A stretch of DNA of 64,000 nt from Octopus vulgaris (lineage: Eukaryota), in the NCBI GenBank assembly GCA_951406725.2, contig OX597815.1, forward strand, positions 134,416,001-134,480,000, given 5' to 3'. Shown here piece after piece: positions 12,508 to 23,500 of the stretch (position 1 is the stretch's first letter; each line of letters starts with the position of its first letter). A program made the translations under genes and the position numbers. The notes below the pieces were generated by a model, which worked only from the letters and a program-made list of their open reading frames with translations, was not told the origin of the DNA and did no database searches.

Positions 12508-14690
12508 ATCATCATCAACATCATCACCATCATCACCGTTTAACATCCGTTTTCCATGCTGGCTTGGGTTGGACGGTTTGTCTGGGGACTGACAAGCCAG
12601 GAGGCCACACCAGGCTCCAATCTGATCTGGCAATCTTTCTACAGCTGGATGCCCTTCCTAATGCCAACCACTCTGAGAATGTAGTGGGTGCTTTTTATGT
12701 GCTACCGGTACAGGGAGCCAGTCAGGTGGCACTGGCAATGACCCATGCATGAATGGTGCTTATTGCATGCCACCAGCATGGGAGCCAGTCAGGTGGCACT
12801 GGCATCAGCCACAACTACAATTTCCATTTTCAATTGTGATTTGATTTTTGATTTTACTTGACACAATAGGTCTCATCAAGTTACTTTTGAAATGGGCTTT
12901 TTATGCGACACTGGTATAGGCTACAGCTGTGATCTCACTTTACTTGCAGGATCTTCTCAATCACAGCATATCTCCAGCGGTCTCTGTCTTTCGTCACTGG
13001 TTCTGTGAAGCCCAATGTTCGAAGGTCATGCTTCACCACCTCATCCCATGTCTTCCTGGGTCTCCCTCTACAAGTTCTTTCCACTGTTAGAGAGTGACAC
13101 TTCTTCACACAGCTCTCCTCATCCATCCGCAGTACATGACCATACCAGTGCAGTTGTCTCTGTTGCACACATCTGATGCTTCTTATGTCCAACATTTCTC
13201 TTGGGGTGCTTACACTCTGTTGTGTGTGCATACTGACATTACACATCCAGTGGATCATACTAGCTTCATTTCTTTCAAGCCTACGCTTGTCTTCAGCATT
13301 CATGGCCCATGTTTCACTGCCGTGTAGTATGGCAGTTCACACACATGCATCGTATAATCTACCTTTCACTCTGAGTGAGAGGCCCTTTGTCACCAGTAGA
13401 GGTAGGAGCTTTCTGAACTTTGCCCAGACCATTCTTATTCTAGTGGCAATGCTCTCCAAGCATCCACCCCCATTACAGACTTGATCACCTCGGTAGTGTA
13501 AGCTATCAACTATTTCTAGTTTCTTCCCTTACCATGTAATGGAATCTGTTTTCTGAGCATCTGCAGCGTTTATTGCCCCTGTGCATCTGCTACACACAAA
13601 AGCTATCATCCTGGTTAACCTTCCTTAGATGTTGCTGCACCTCTTATGCGTCCATAGCTTTCACTGGGTACAGAGTTTCTAACTACACCTTTTCTACAGA
13701 TCAAGCAGGGCCATCTACCCGAAAGGATTTGTGATGTGTTTGCCTTCCTACTTACTAGGACTTTGGTTTTTGCAACACTGACTCTAAGGCCCTTTGATTC
13801 TAAACCTTGCTTCCACAATTTTTATTCTCTAGTTCTGATAGCGATTCTGCTATGAGAACAAGGTCATCAGCATAGAGGAGCACCCAGGGGCAACCTGTCT
13901 TGAATTCCTCTGTTATTGCCTGGAAGACTATGATGAATAAAAGGGGGTTGAGGGCTGATTCTTGGTGAACCCCTTCTTCTACCCGGAATTCTTCACTATA
14001 CTCATTGCTGACCCTTACTTTGCTAACAGCATTCCTGTACAGCTCTTATTAACTACTCGTTAATCCCTAGTTTCTGCATCACCCACCAGATAAGGGATCA
14101 GGGGACCCTGTCAAAGGCTTTCTCCAAGTCAACAAAAGCCAAGTATAGGGGTTTATCTTTGGCTAGGTATTTCTCCTGCAGTTGCCTTACCAGGAATATA
14201 GCATCAGTGGTGCTTCTACCTGGCACAAAACCAAACTGCATCTCATCTAAGCATACTCCCTTCCTAATTAGTTTGGCTATGACCTACTCTGTGACCTTTA
14301 TCACCTGATCCAGCAGTTTGATACCCTGTAGTCATTTTTATCTAAAGCATCACCTTTGTAGCAGTTGACTAATGATGCTGCTATGCCACTCATTGAGTAT
14401 GACTCCTTCATGAACTACCTAGTTTACAATATGGATGACTAGACCATATCCTACACCACCAGATATTTTAAGCATCCTAGCAGTGATTCCTGATGGGCCG
14501 GGGGCTTTTCCTGACTTCATATCCTTAATTGCTTTATCTTACCATGGTGCTATCAATTCATGTATCTGGTCCCTTTCCCATTCATTCTCCACATTCAGCA
14601 GCCTTTCATAATGGCTTCTCCAAGCTTCTTTCTTTGCAGAATCATTAAAAGCAGGTGCACCGTCATCCATGCAGACACATTTCTCTCCTA
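12508..14690 (-). mobile_element. 5'-truncated RTE-clade LINE (RT pseudogene plus 3'UTR)
   Basis: Minus strand: QFGFVPGRSTTDAIF, FVDLEKAFDRVP, GVHQ.SAL.PLLFIIV, LLYADDL, LHWYGHVLRMDE, RGRPRKTW; many stops and frameshifts; (GAT)n tail. Confidence 0.92.
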
Positions 14691-14765
14691 TGTTTATTAA
14701 GCATATGTTTGTGACTTTACAAATTCATTCTCAAATATAACATTCCTTTCAATGCAGAGATATTA

Positions 14766-15277
14766 GGTGTAGGTATGGCTGTGTGGTTAAGAGGTTTGCT
14801 TTGCAACCATGTGGTCTTGGGTTCAGTTCCACTGTGCAGCATCTTTGGCATGTGTCTTCTACAATAGTCTCAGACCAACCAATGCCTTGTGAGTGAATTT
14901 GGTGGACAGAAACTGCAAGAAGCTCATCATGTGTGTCAACTTTTCTATCCAATGGTTTTTTTTTAAATCAACGTTTATGTGCTAATATTTATACCTTTAA
15001 GTGCTTAGCTCTGCCTCTCCAAAAAAGAATTATTTCACATTTTCTTGAAAATTATTTATTCTGTTGTGTGTGTGTGTGTGTGTGTGTGTTTGTCCTCCAT
15101 CACCACTTGACTATTGATGCTGTTTTTTTTTTATATGTCCCTATAACTTAGTAGTTCAGTAAAAGAAAATGATAAAATAATTACAAGACTTACAAAAATA
15201 TGTATTAGGGTTGGGTTTTTTTTTAATGAAACCCTTCAAAGTATTGTCTCAGCACGACTGCAGTCTAAGTAAAAGAA
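14766..15277 (+). mobile_element. SINE family A, diverged and interrupted
   Basis: Head 14766-14935 and tail ~15065-15277; CpGs decayed. Confidence 0.8.
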
Positions 15278-15349
15278 TCTATATGTGTATGTCCATTGGA
15301 TTTTGATTTTGACTTGATTTCAGTTGAACTTTTTAAATATAGATATGTG

Positions 15350-15406
<57 letters not shown>

Positions 15407-15443
15407 AACAAAATGAAGTTGTAAGGTACCGCACGAGTGGAAT

Positions 15444-15548
15444 TATATATGAAAGAAGTTTTGAAAATGCAATTTTAAAAGATGTTTATTCACAGGTCAA
15501 ACTGGTCAAGTGAATAAACATCTTTTAAAATTGCATTTTCAAACCTTC

Positions 15549-15559
<11 letters not shown>
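15444..15559. repeat. ~50-bp-arm palindrome with one-sided extension, embedded in (TA)n
   Basis: ATATATGAAAGAAGTTTTGAAAATGCAATTTTAAAAGATGTTTATTCAC / 16-nt spacer / GTGAATAAACATCTTTTAAAATTGCATTTTCAAACCTTCTTTCATATAT (1 mismatch). Confidence 0.9.
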
Positions 15560-15592
<33 letters not shown>

Positions 15593-15986
15593 CAATATTT
15601 TAGTCTTTGTGTGGCTACTGAGCACTTGCAGTAAGCTTCGCTGTGCAGAAATGTATTTATTGAATATATGCTTTTGTTCATCTTGTATATGCAATACATA
15701 TTCAATCTGTTGTTTCTGTTGTACAGTGCACATGCAAAAACAAAACCAGATTGAGTCTCAATAACTATTTAGTTGAAACTGTATTGTGTACAGAAGATTA
15801 ATTGCATCATTTCTGCCTTATAGTAGAAAGTCATTCATGATGGCTCACTCACAATATGCAATGAATAAAGATACTTTTCTACAATATTTCTAATATTGTT
15901 TTTTCCCCTTTATTCTTGTAATAAGTAATCGTTTAGTTTTCCAAAACGAATAACCTTTGAATAACCCTCACATCATGCACACACAC

Positions 15987-16022
<36 letters not shown>

Positions 16023-17239
16023 GACAGATTTTGAGAGGGAGGGAGAGAAAGCTTTAAGAAGCTTCATGTATATTCAAAAGGCAGCCAAAAGTCGTAGCAA
16101 CACAACCTGCTAGAAACAGCAGCGAATCACTCAAATGTCACATCTTGCTGTCTTAAATAACAAGGACCATGTTGAATAATAAACATAGTGACCTACTAAA
16201 CAATAGAATTGCCACAAGGTCACAGAAATGCCTTTTATTACCAGGATTTAGTAATATACATAACATTGTTGTAATATTAAAAATAAAGTTTCAAATAACA
16301 AAGGAGCATTTATTGGTGGTGTTACTCTATATTGAGAGTAGGGTTAAATTTATTGAAAATGTAACTGGGACAACTTAACCCACTCAAATTGATCTTCACA
16401 ATAACATTGTTGTCATCAATATTGTAAGTCTGAGGTCATGTGGTATGTTCAAAATAGAAGCTGTATCTATTTCAGTTCAATTTCTGCTGTCTCATGTATG
16501 TATGTATGCATGAGCCAACAATGGAGATCTCTACAGGACAGTTAAACCTCAGAGATCTAACAGCAAAATCTCCCTTAAATTACACTCTACTTGTTCATGA
16601 AAACTATGTTTATACATATGTATGCATCAATCCACAAAGGAGGCCTCTAAAAGGTTATGAAACCCAATGCAAAAAGGAGTCAAATCTCCCTTGGTTCATA
16701 AATTATCACAATATATTAACCAAAACAAAACGATAAAAACAAAAGCTGTTGTTACTGTTTTGTAAGAGAGACCTTATTAAGGTTTTAAGTTGTTATTATT
16801 ATCAAATATATTCCAACCATGACCATTCTGGCTTTTTCCAAATGTATGTTATCCAATTTTTTCTTTCAATTGTTAAGATGATAGAGCAGGATTTGAGACA
16901 GGTTTGGCTAATAATTTTAGGTGTTCAAGTAACCGCATTGAGTTCCCCTTTTTGGTTTATGAATCTTGAAGTAAAATCCACTGCTTTTGCTTTGCTGTTT
17001 CTAGGTCATATGTAACTCATCAATCTGGTTTGGTTCCAAAATAAGTCCATCAGTTGTTTTAATCCAGCTGTACATTCTGATCAGTTATAAACTGCATGTA
17101 ATAGATGGTGCATGTATGTGCATGTGTATGTGTGTATGCACACGTGTGTGTGTGTGAACAGCCCATTCTGTATTAAATTTATCAAATGTATGCCATCCAC
17201 CGCCAGGTGGTCATTCCCATCAACTGTGATTGCTTTTTA

Positions 17240-18463
17240 TTGGGTCATCCCATAAATAATGTTTTTTTTTACAATTGCATGAACTAAAAGTTGGATGCAG
17301 ATGGGATAAACTACCTGCATCAACTTGCTATAAAAGCAGGTAGTAATTTTACCTTTGAAGAGTGCAGTTCTATTTTAACAGTTTTTCTTTTCGATGTTAT
17401 TATGAAAATGACAAAGGAATATATTCAACATATTTTGCTTTATGAGTTCAATAAAGACAACAACACAATGGAAAGTGTGAGGAATATTAATGCAGTGTAT
17501 GGGGATCAGACAATATGCGTAAGCCAGTGTCAATGGTGGTTCCAGAAATTTCAAGCTGGAAACTACAGCCTAGATGAGTCTTGTCCTGGAAGATCTGTAG
17601 AGCTTGATGAGGATGCCCTGGAGACCCTAGGGGAACAAAATCCCATTGTAATTATCGAGGAACTAGCTGAGAAGCATGGATTTGGTCATTCAACCTTTCA
17701 TCGACACCTGTATGCCATTGGAAAAGTCAGCAAATTGGGTCAGTGGGTTCCTTACAAACTTTCCAAGTGTAATCATGTGCAGAGAGTGAATTTATGCTCT
17801 TCTTTACTGTCACATCCCACAAATGAACCTTTTTTTGGACTGAATAGTGACTGGTAGCAAGAAATGGGCTCTCTATAAAAATGTCAAGCACCGAAGACAG
17901 TGGGTAGGGAAAGGAGAAACATCGGCACCCTAGGCTAAAGAAAGTCTTCACCCACATAAGGTGTTGTTGTCTGTTTGGTGAGATATGAAAGGTTTAGTCC
18001 ACTTGGAACTTTTAAACCCAAACCAAATGATAACAAAAGACATCTACTGGGAGGGCTAGAAGAAAAATGACCTTCTTTGGTTTCTAGATGAAAGGTGTTC
18101 TTCCATTAGGGTAATGCTCAGCCACATACACATAAAGGTTGGAGCAATCTGAATAGGAAATGATGCCCCACCCACCATATTCACTGGACATTGCCCCATC
18201 TGATTACCATTTATTCCACAGTCTTCAAGATAATTTGGCCGGAAGATATATGAATTCTGTTGACGAGGTCAAAACAGTACTGGAGGAGCATTTGTCATGG
18301 ACAAGTGAATTTTGGAAGCAGGGCCTTGCAAGTCTACCAGATAGATGGAAGAGCATTGTAGAAAATGGAGAGTATATTTTAGATTAAAAAAGAACCTTAT
18401 TTATCTTAATTTTGAAAAATAAAAGAAGTATAAAAAACCCACATTATTTATGGGTTGACCCAA
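17240..18463 (+). mobile_element. Full-length decayed mariner transposon in SDR intron
   Basis: TA-flanked TIRs TTGGGTCATCCCATAAATAATG / CATTATTTATGGGTTGACCCAA; transposase motifs ILLYEF, WVPYKL, HPPYSLDIAPSDYHLF; stops and frameshifts. Confidence 0.95.
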
Positions 18464-18592
18464 TATTTTGTATATATGTGTAAGTAATTAAAATATTTAC
18501 TACATTTTTTTAAAAAGTATTTTTGTTTTCATAAATATATAAACATAATTATAATTTGTGAATTTTACATGTTTGTCTTTTGTATATTCTAG

Positions 18593-19380
18593 ATCAAAAG
18601 ATTGAAGACCGGCAAAAAATTGCCATAGTTACCGGAGGAACAGGTGGCATAGGTTTTGCTACTTCCAAAGGTCTTGCTGCCCAAGGTTATAATTTAATTC
18701 TTGGTTACTATTCTGACAGTGAAAATGCCAAGAAGTGTGAACAGGAATTAAAGACGGATTTCAAGATCCAGGTTAGGACAATTGGTGGAGATGTTTGTGA
18801 AGAAGACACTGTGAATTCATATTTCAAATGTTTGAATGAAATGAATGGCACGCTCACTGCGATTGTTCACACTGCTGGACTTTATACACCAGATTCCGTT
18901 TCAAAAAATCCAGATACCCATTTCACTACATTTGAAACGTATGATTATTTCCAGAACATCTATCCTAAGTGTTTCATACGTTTAGTAGAAACAGGAATGA
19001 AGTTAATGGAAGATGGTTATGGCTACATTGTTTGCTTATCAAGCCCTGGTTGTAATATCAATGATCAAACTCGATTAGGTTACATGATGCCAGGCACTGG
19101 GAAATGTGTACTTGAGTATTTGTCTCGTCATTATGCTAAAATGCTAGCAAAGCGGAGAATCACTTGTAATTGTATTGTTCCTGGGTATATACACACGAAA
19201 CCATGGAAACAACTGGAGGCAAAACTGGGTCCTGATATTGGATGTGTAAGAACTCCAATGGGTCGATGGGGTCAACCTGAAGAAGTAGGAGATTTTATTT
19301 CATATTTATGTTCTCCTAAAGCAAGTTTTCTCACTGGTGCTACCATTCCTTTTGATGGAGGTTTGAGTCTTGGGAAGTAA
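18593..19380 (+). CDS. Short-chain dehydrogenase/reductase, main (terminal) exon; enoyl-ACP reductase FabL/FabI-like
   Basis: Uninterrupted ORF with AIVTGGTGGIG Rossmann motif, IVCLSS, YMMPGTGK (Y-x6-K), NCIVPGYIHT, TPMGRWGQPEEVG, FLTGATIPFDGG; pyrimidine tract plus TAG acceptor ending at 18592; no in-frame ATG before the Rossmann motif; AATAAA at 19407-19412. Confidence 0.93.
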
Positions 19381-19699
19381 TGATATTTGTAAAGAAAAAT
19401 AATGATAATAAAGAAAAAAAGTTTTTGGAAAGCTTTTTGTTCTGGTTTTTCATTAAAAACACTATTTCAATGACTCAGCGTTAATTACAATGGTCAATGA
19501 AATTGAATTTTTTGATAATTGCATGTTACTTTGTGGTGCTAATCGGAAATATCAAAAAAAGCTCTTTCCCATTACATAAGGTTTTCTCACAATTTAATGA
19601 TAAAACAGGTAAATCTACAAATGGTAGGTCAAAATGAAACTAATAAAAATGAATTTCATATTTTATTTAGCAAAATACTATGGTACAAATATAATTGAA

Positions 19700-20600
19700 A
19701 CATGAGAAAATAGATTTCTAAAAGAGTTCCATTTGTTTTTTATCTATTCAGCACCTTGAAATTTTTTTTTCGCTTGGAAACTATGCCTGGAATTCTTTGA
19801 CTTGTGTGCATTTGATGGACATTCACACTGCATCATCCAGCAGTAGTCAGCCATCACATTGACATTCCATCTTCCCTGATATGTTCTTTCCACAATTTAA
19901 TCTTGTGAAGACTTACATCAAATTTTCATGTTTCCTTCATGATCACTGAGTGTCCAACAAGGCTAGAGTTGAAGAGCTTTAAGACTTCTCTTTGAAAAGT
20001 TGTTGAAGCGTCTCCATTAATCAGGGCTGTAACTTATGCCAAATGTTCTTATTTGTCCTGATGGATCTGCACAATAAACCAAATAATTTTCTTAAGTGAA
20101 AAAAGAATGAATTCTCTTTCATTGTTACAAAACCAATAGAATGATGTACGAGGTGCTCAAAGATCCTTGGATTTAAGTCTAGAACCTAAAAGCTCTGCTG
20201 AATCCTTTGTAAGCCCTAAGTTCTTCACTAGATCATTTAATTCACATTGGTTGAATAGTTAAGTTTCTTCACCTTCACTGCTATTGAAGTCTTCTGACTC
20301 AGAACCCAAGCTTATGCCTTTAAGGTTTCCTGGTGATGATGGAACTGAAACATTGATCCATGGGCAGCAGGTTGCAATGCAGATGGAAGATGTGGGAAAA
20401 AATTATTTTTCCACTCTTTGAATTGTGTCCCTGCACCTTATATGAGCAAAAGTAGAAGTCATCACTGATTTTTATTCTCTCTCCATAGCATTGAAACCCC
20501 CAAATAAAAAGACTTCTTTACACATTTTGTCCATTGTCTTTAACACAAATTGAGCAGCATTGAAAAAATTCACATTTTTCATAAAAAATTTGGACCTGGG
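19700..20600 (-). mobile_element. Internally deleted DNA transposase relic, Chapaev3-like (CMC)
   Basis: Minus strand: FGVSMLWRE..DDFYFC..PHLPSALQP, FNQCELNDLVKNLGLTKDSAELLGSRLKSKDL, SKRSLKA, YQGRWNVNVMADYCW; superfamily name is from memory of these motifs. Confidence 0.65.
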
Positions 20601-20689
20601 TTTGCACCCCCTAAACAAATTTTGTTGCTGAGCCACTGGTTACTACATCAAAAGCTACTTCCAGACACATACGCAAAGACACTAGAGCA

Positions 20690-20886
20690 ATATTGGTTTC
20701 AAATTTTGTCACAAGGCCAGCAATTTCAGGGGAGGGGCTAGACCAAATATATTGGCCTCAGTGTTCAACTGGTTCTCATTTTATCAACCCTATTTTGCCT
20801 ATTTGAATTCAGAGAATGAAGACAGATGAATTACCACTAAGCATTTTGCCTGGCATGCTAATGATTCTGCCAGATTTCTGACCTTA
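20690..20886 (-). mobile_element. tRNA-derived SINE family B, decayed
   Basis: Reverse match to the copy at 51584-51790 (CTGGCAGAATC.TTAGCA..CC.GG..AAATGCTTAG). Confidence 0.7.
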
Positions 20887-21369
20887 ACACCAGAGCAATA
20901 TTATTACAGCATCCCAAAACTACAATCACTTGCATTCAACCCACAGAGATATGACAAATATAAATAAATAAAGAACTAAATTATTTACTGGTAGTGCCCC
21001 AGCATGGTCTCAGCCTCAAGACTGAAACATATATGAGAATACAATAAAACTCTTTCGACTTACTTAAGAAAGCATATTCTACACAGTTAATAAGACTAAA
21101 AATTGATTCATCATTATTGTCGTTATTTTATTGTCCACTTTTCGATGCTTGAATGGGTTGGACAAAATTTGTTGAGGCAGATTTTCTATAGCTGGACGCC
21201 CTTCCTTTTGTCAACCCCACCTGTTTCCAAGTGAAGTAATATTTACCTATTTCCAAATATGACTGTCAACAAAGAAACTACTTTCATAATAGTGATGCTC
21301 AAGACTATCACAATGATAAGGCAAGGTGACAGTAAAACATGTTTGCACATGTGAACATACACACACACA

Positions 21370-22162
21370 CATGGTGTGGCTGTGTGGTAAGAAGTTTGCT
21401 TTCCAGCCACATGGTTTCAGGTTCAGTCCCACTGCATGGCACCTTGAGCAAGTGTCTTCCACTATAGCCTTGGGCTAACCAAGTCTGTGAGTGTGTGTGT
21501 ATATATATATATATGTATGTATCTATGTGTGTGTCCTTATGTCTAATTTTTGTCTCTCCCCCACCAGTGTTTTTGTGTTTATGTCATCATAACTTAGCAG
21601 TTTGATAAAAGAAGCTGATAAAGTAAGTAGCAGGCTTAAAAAGTAAAAAAATAACTCTTTCTCTTTTACTTGTTCCAGTCATTTGACTGCAGCCATGCTG
21701 GAGCACCGCCTTTAGTCAAGCAAATTGACCCCAGGACTTACTGTTTGTAAGCCTAGTACTTATTCTATCGGTTTCTTTTGTTGAACCACTAAGTTACGGG
21801 GACAAAAACACACCATCATCAGTTGTCAAGTGATGTTGGAGGAACAAACAGAGACGCACAAACATATACACACAAATACACACACACACACATATATATA
21901 CACATATATATATGACAGGCTTCTTTCAGTTTCTGTCTACCAAATCCACTCACAAGGCTTTGGTCGGCCTGAGGCTATAGGAGAAGACACTTGCCCAAGG
22001 TGCCACACAGTGGGAATGAACCTGGAACCATGTGGTTGGTAAGCAAGCTACTTACCTCACAGGCACTGCTGCCTCTACTGAGGTAGATTTGTTCAACTAA
22101 AATTCCTTCGAGGCTGTGCCCCAGCATGGATGCAGTCTAATGACTGAAACAAGTAAAAGATA
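21370..22162. mobile_element. Nested SINEs: sense family-A copy interrupted by an antisense family-A copy (21655-22072)
   Basis: Plus copy runs 21370-~21650 and resumes at ~22076 with its tail; a full minus copy lies between. Confidence 0.85.
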
Positions 22163-23267
22163 AAACAAAATATACATATGTATATATGGAATATATCCAA
22201 TATAGATTTGGGAAAACCATAGTTCAATTGAAGACCATAAACAGACAATGTGTGTGTGTGTGTGCTGATGACTTCTATACCTTGACAACTGAAAAGAAAA
22301 TGTTTCTCTAAGGAGATTTGCTTATACTACACATACTAAAATATCATTTGTGTTCAAATAAGTCACTACATTTACATCCTTTTTATTTATCCCAAAATTC
22401 TCATTAGCGAATTTTATTCAAGTTATCGCCCTTGCAATTTTATTTTTTACTAAAATTTCAACATTCAGAGAGTGAATCCGTCTTTAAATGATAGGAATAA
22501 TCTTAGTTAATTTAAGATTGTTTTAACTCTATATATCATGTATGTGAGATCTATTTTTGGTAAAAATATAAATTCTTTTACTGACATAGATTCTAAAGAA
22601 ATTTGCCTGTAAAATATGGTGATAATAAGATCATGATAAAGTTGTTTCCCTTTTCTATTGGTTGTATACTAACTTTAAAAATGCAGGTTAAGAGACCTTG
22701 TGTATGGAAACAATAGTTGAGGTAGTGTGGACGTATCCAAGACAGGGAAATGATTAGAGATAATTAGGAACCATTCAAAAGGTGAATAAATTAGTTTGCC
22801 ATGAGAAGAGAAAAAGTCAAACATTTTAAGCAGGTAACTTCAAGCACTGATGTATGGTTTAGAAGCTTAGGCAAATGGCTTTGAACTGACCAATGCCTTG
22901 TGAGAGAATTTGCTCGTTATGTGTGTGTGTGTATTTTTGTACACGTTTCAATTATTTGACTGTGGCCATGCTGAAGCACCTCCTTAAAAGGATTTTATTA
23001 CAACTGAACATCAAAACAATAGGAAATAATTATGTAGTTAGGTAAAAATATTTAATTATATTGGCAAGAATGGCAGTCAATTATGAAGAAATATGGGTCT
23101 TAATATGGTTTCGTCAATGAAACAGATTATACTTGAGTGGTAACGAGAAAATCGTTCAATTGAGGTACAAAATTGTACTTCATGCAAAAGAATAATTTAG
23201 TGTTAACTTACATGATGCTGAGAAAGTTAAAAAGCTAACTAGAAATAATTACGAGGTAGAGAAAAAA

Positions 23268-23500
23268 TATCATCATCATCACGTATGCTTTCCATGCTGG
23301 CATGAGTTGGATGGTTTGATAGGGACTGGCAAGGCCAGGAGCCGCACCAGGTCCCATTGTCCGTTTTGGCATGCTTTCTACAGTTGAAGACCCTTCCTAA
23401 CATCAACCACTTTATAGTGTATACTGGATGCTTTTTATGGGGCACCATCACCAGTGCTTTTTATGAGGTACTAGCACTGACAAGGTCACCAAGTACCTTG
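23268..23500 (-). mobile_element. RTE 3'UTR fragment
   Basis: (CAT)n...TTTCCATGCTGGCATGAGTTGGATGG. Confidence 0.7.

Noticed and set aside
18580-18592. ORF-track start of the SDR at TTG 18580
   Set aside because: Eukaryotic context; this stretch is the pyrimidine tract and TAG acceptor, and a phase-matched ATG exon exists upstream
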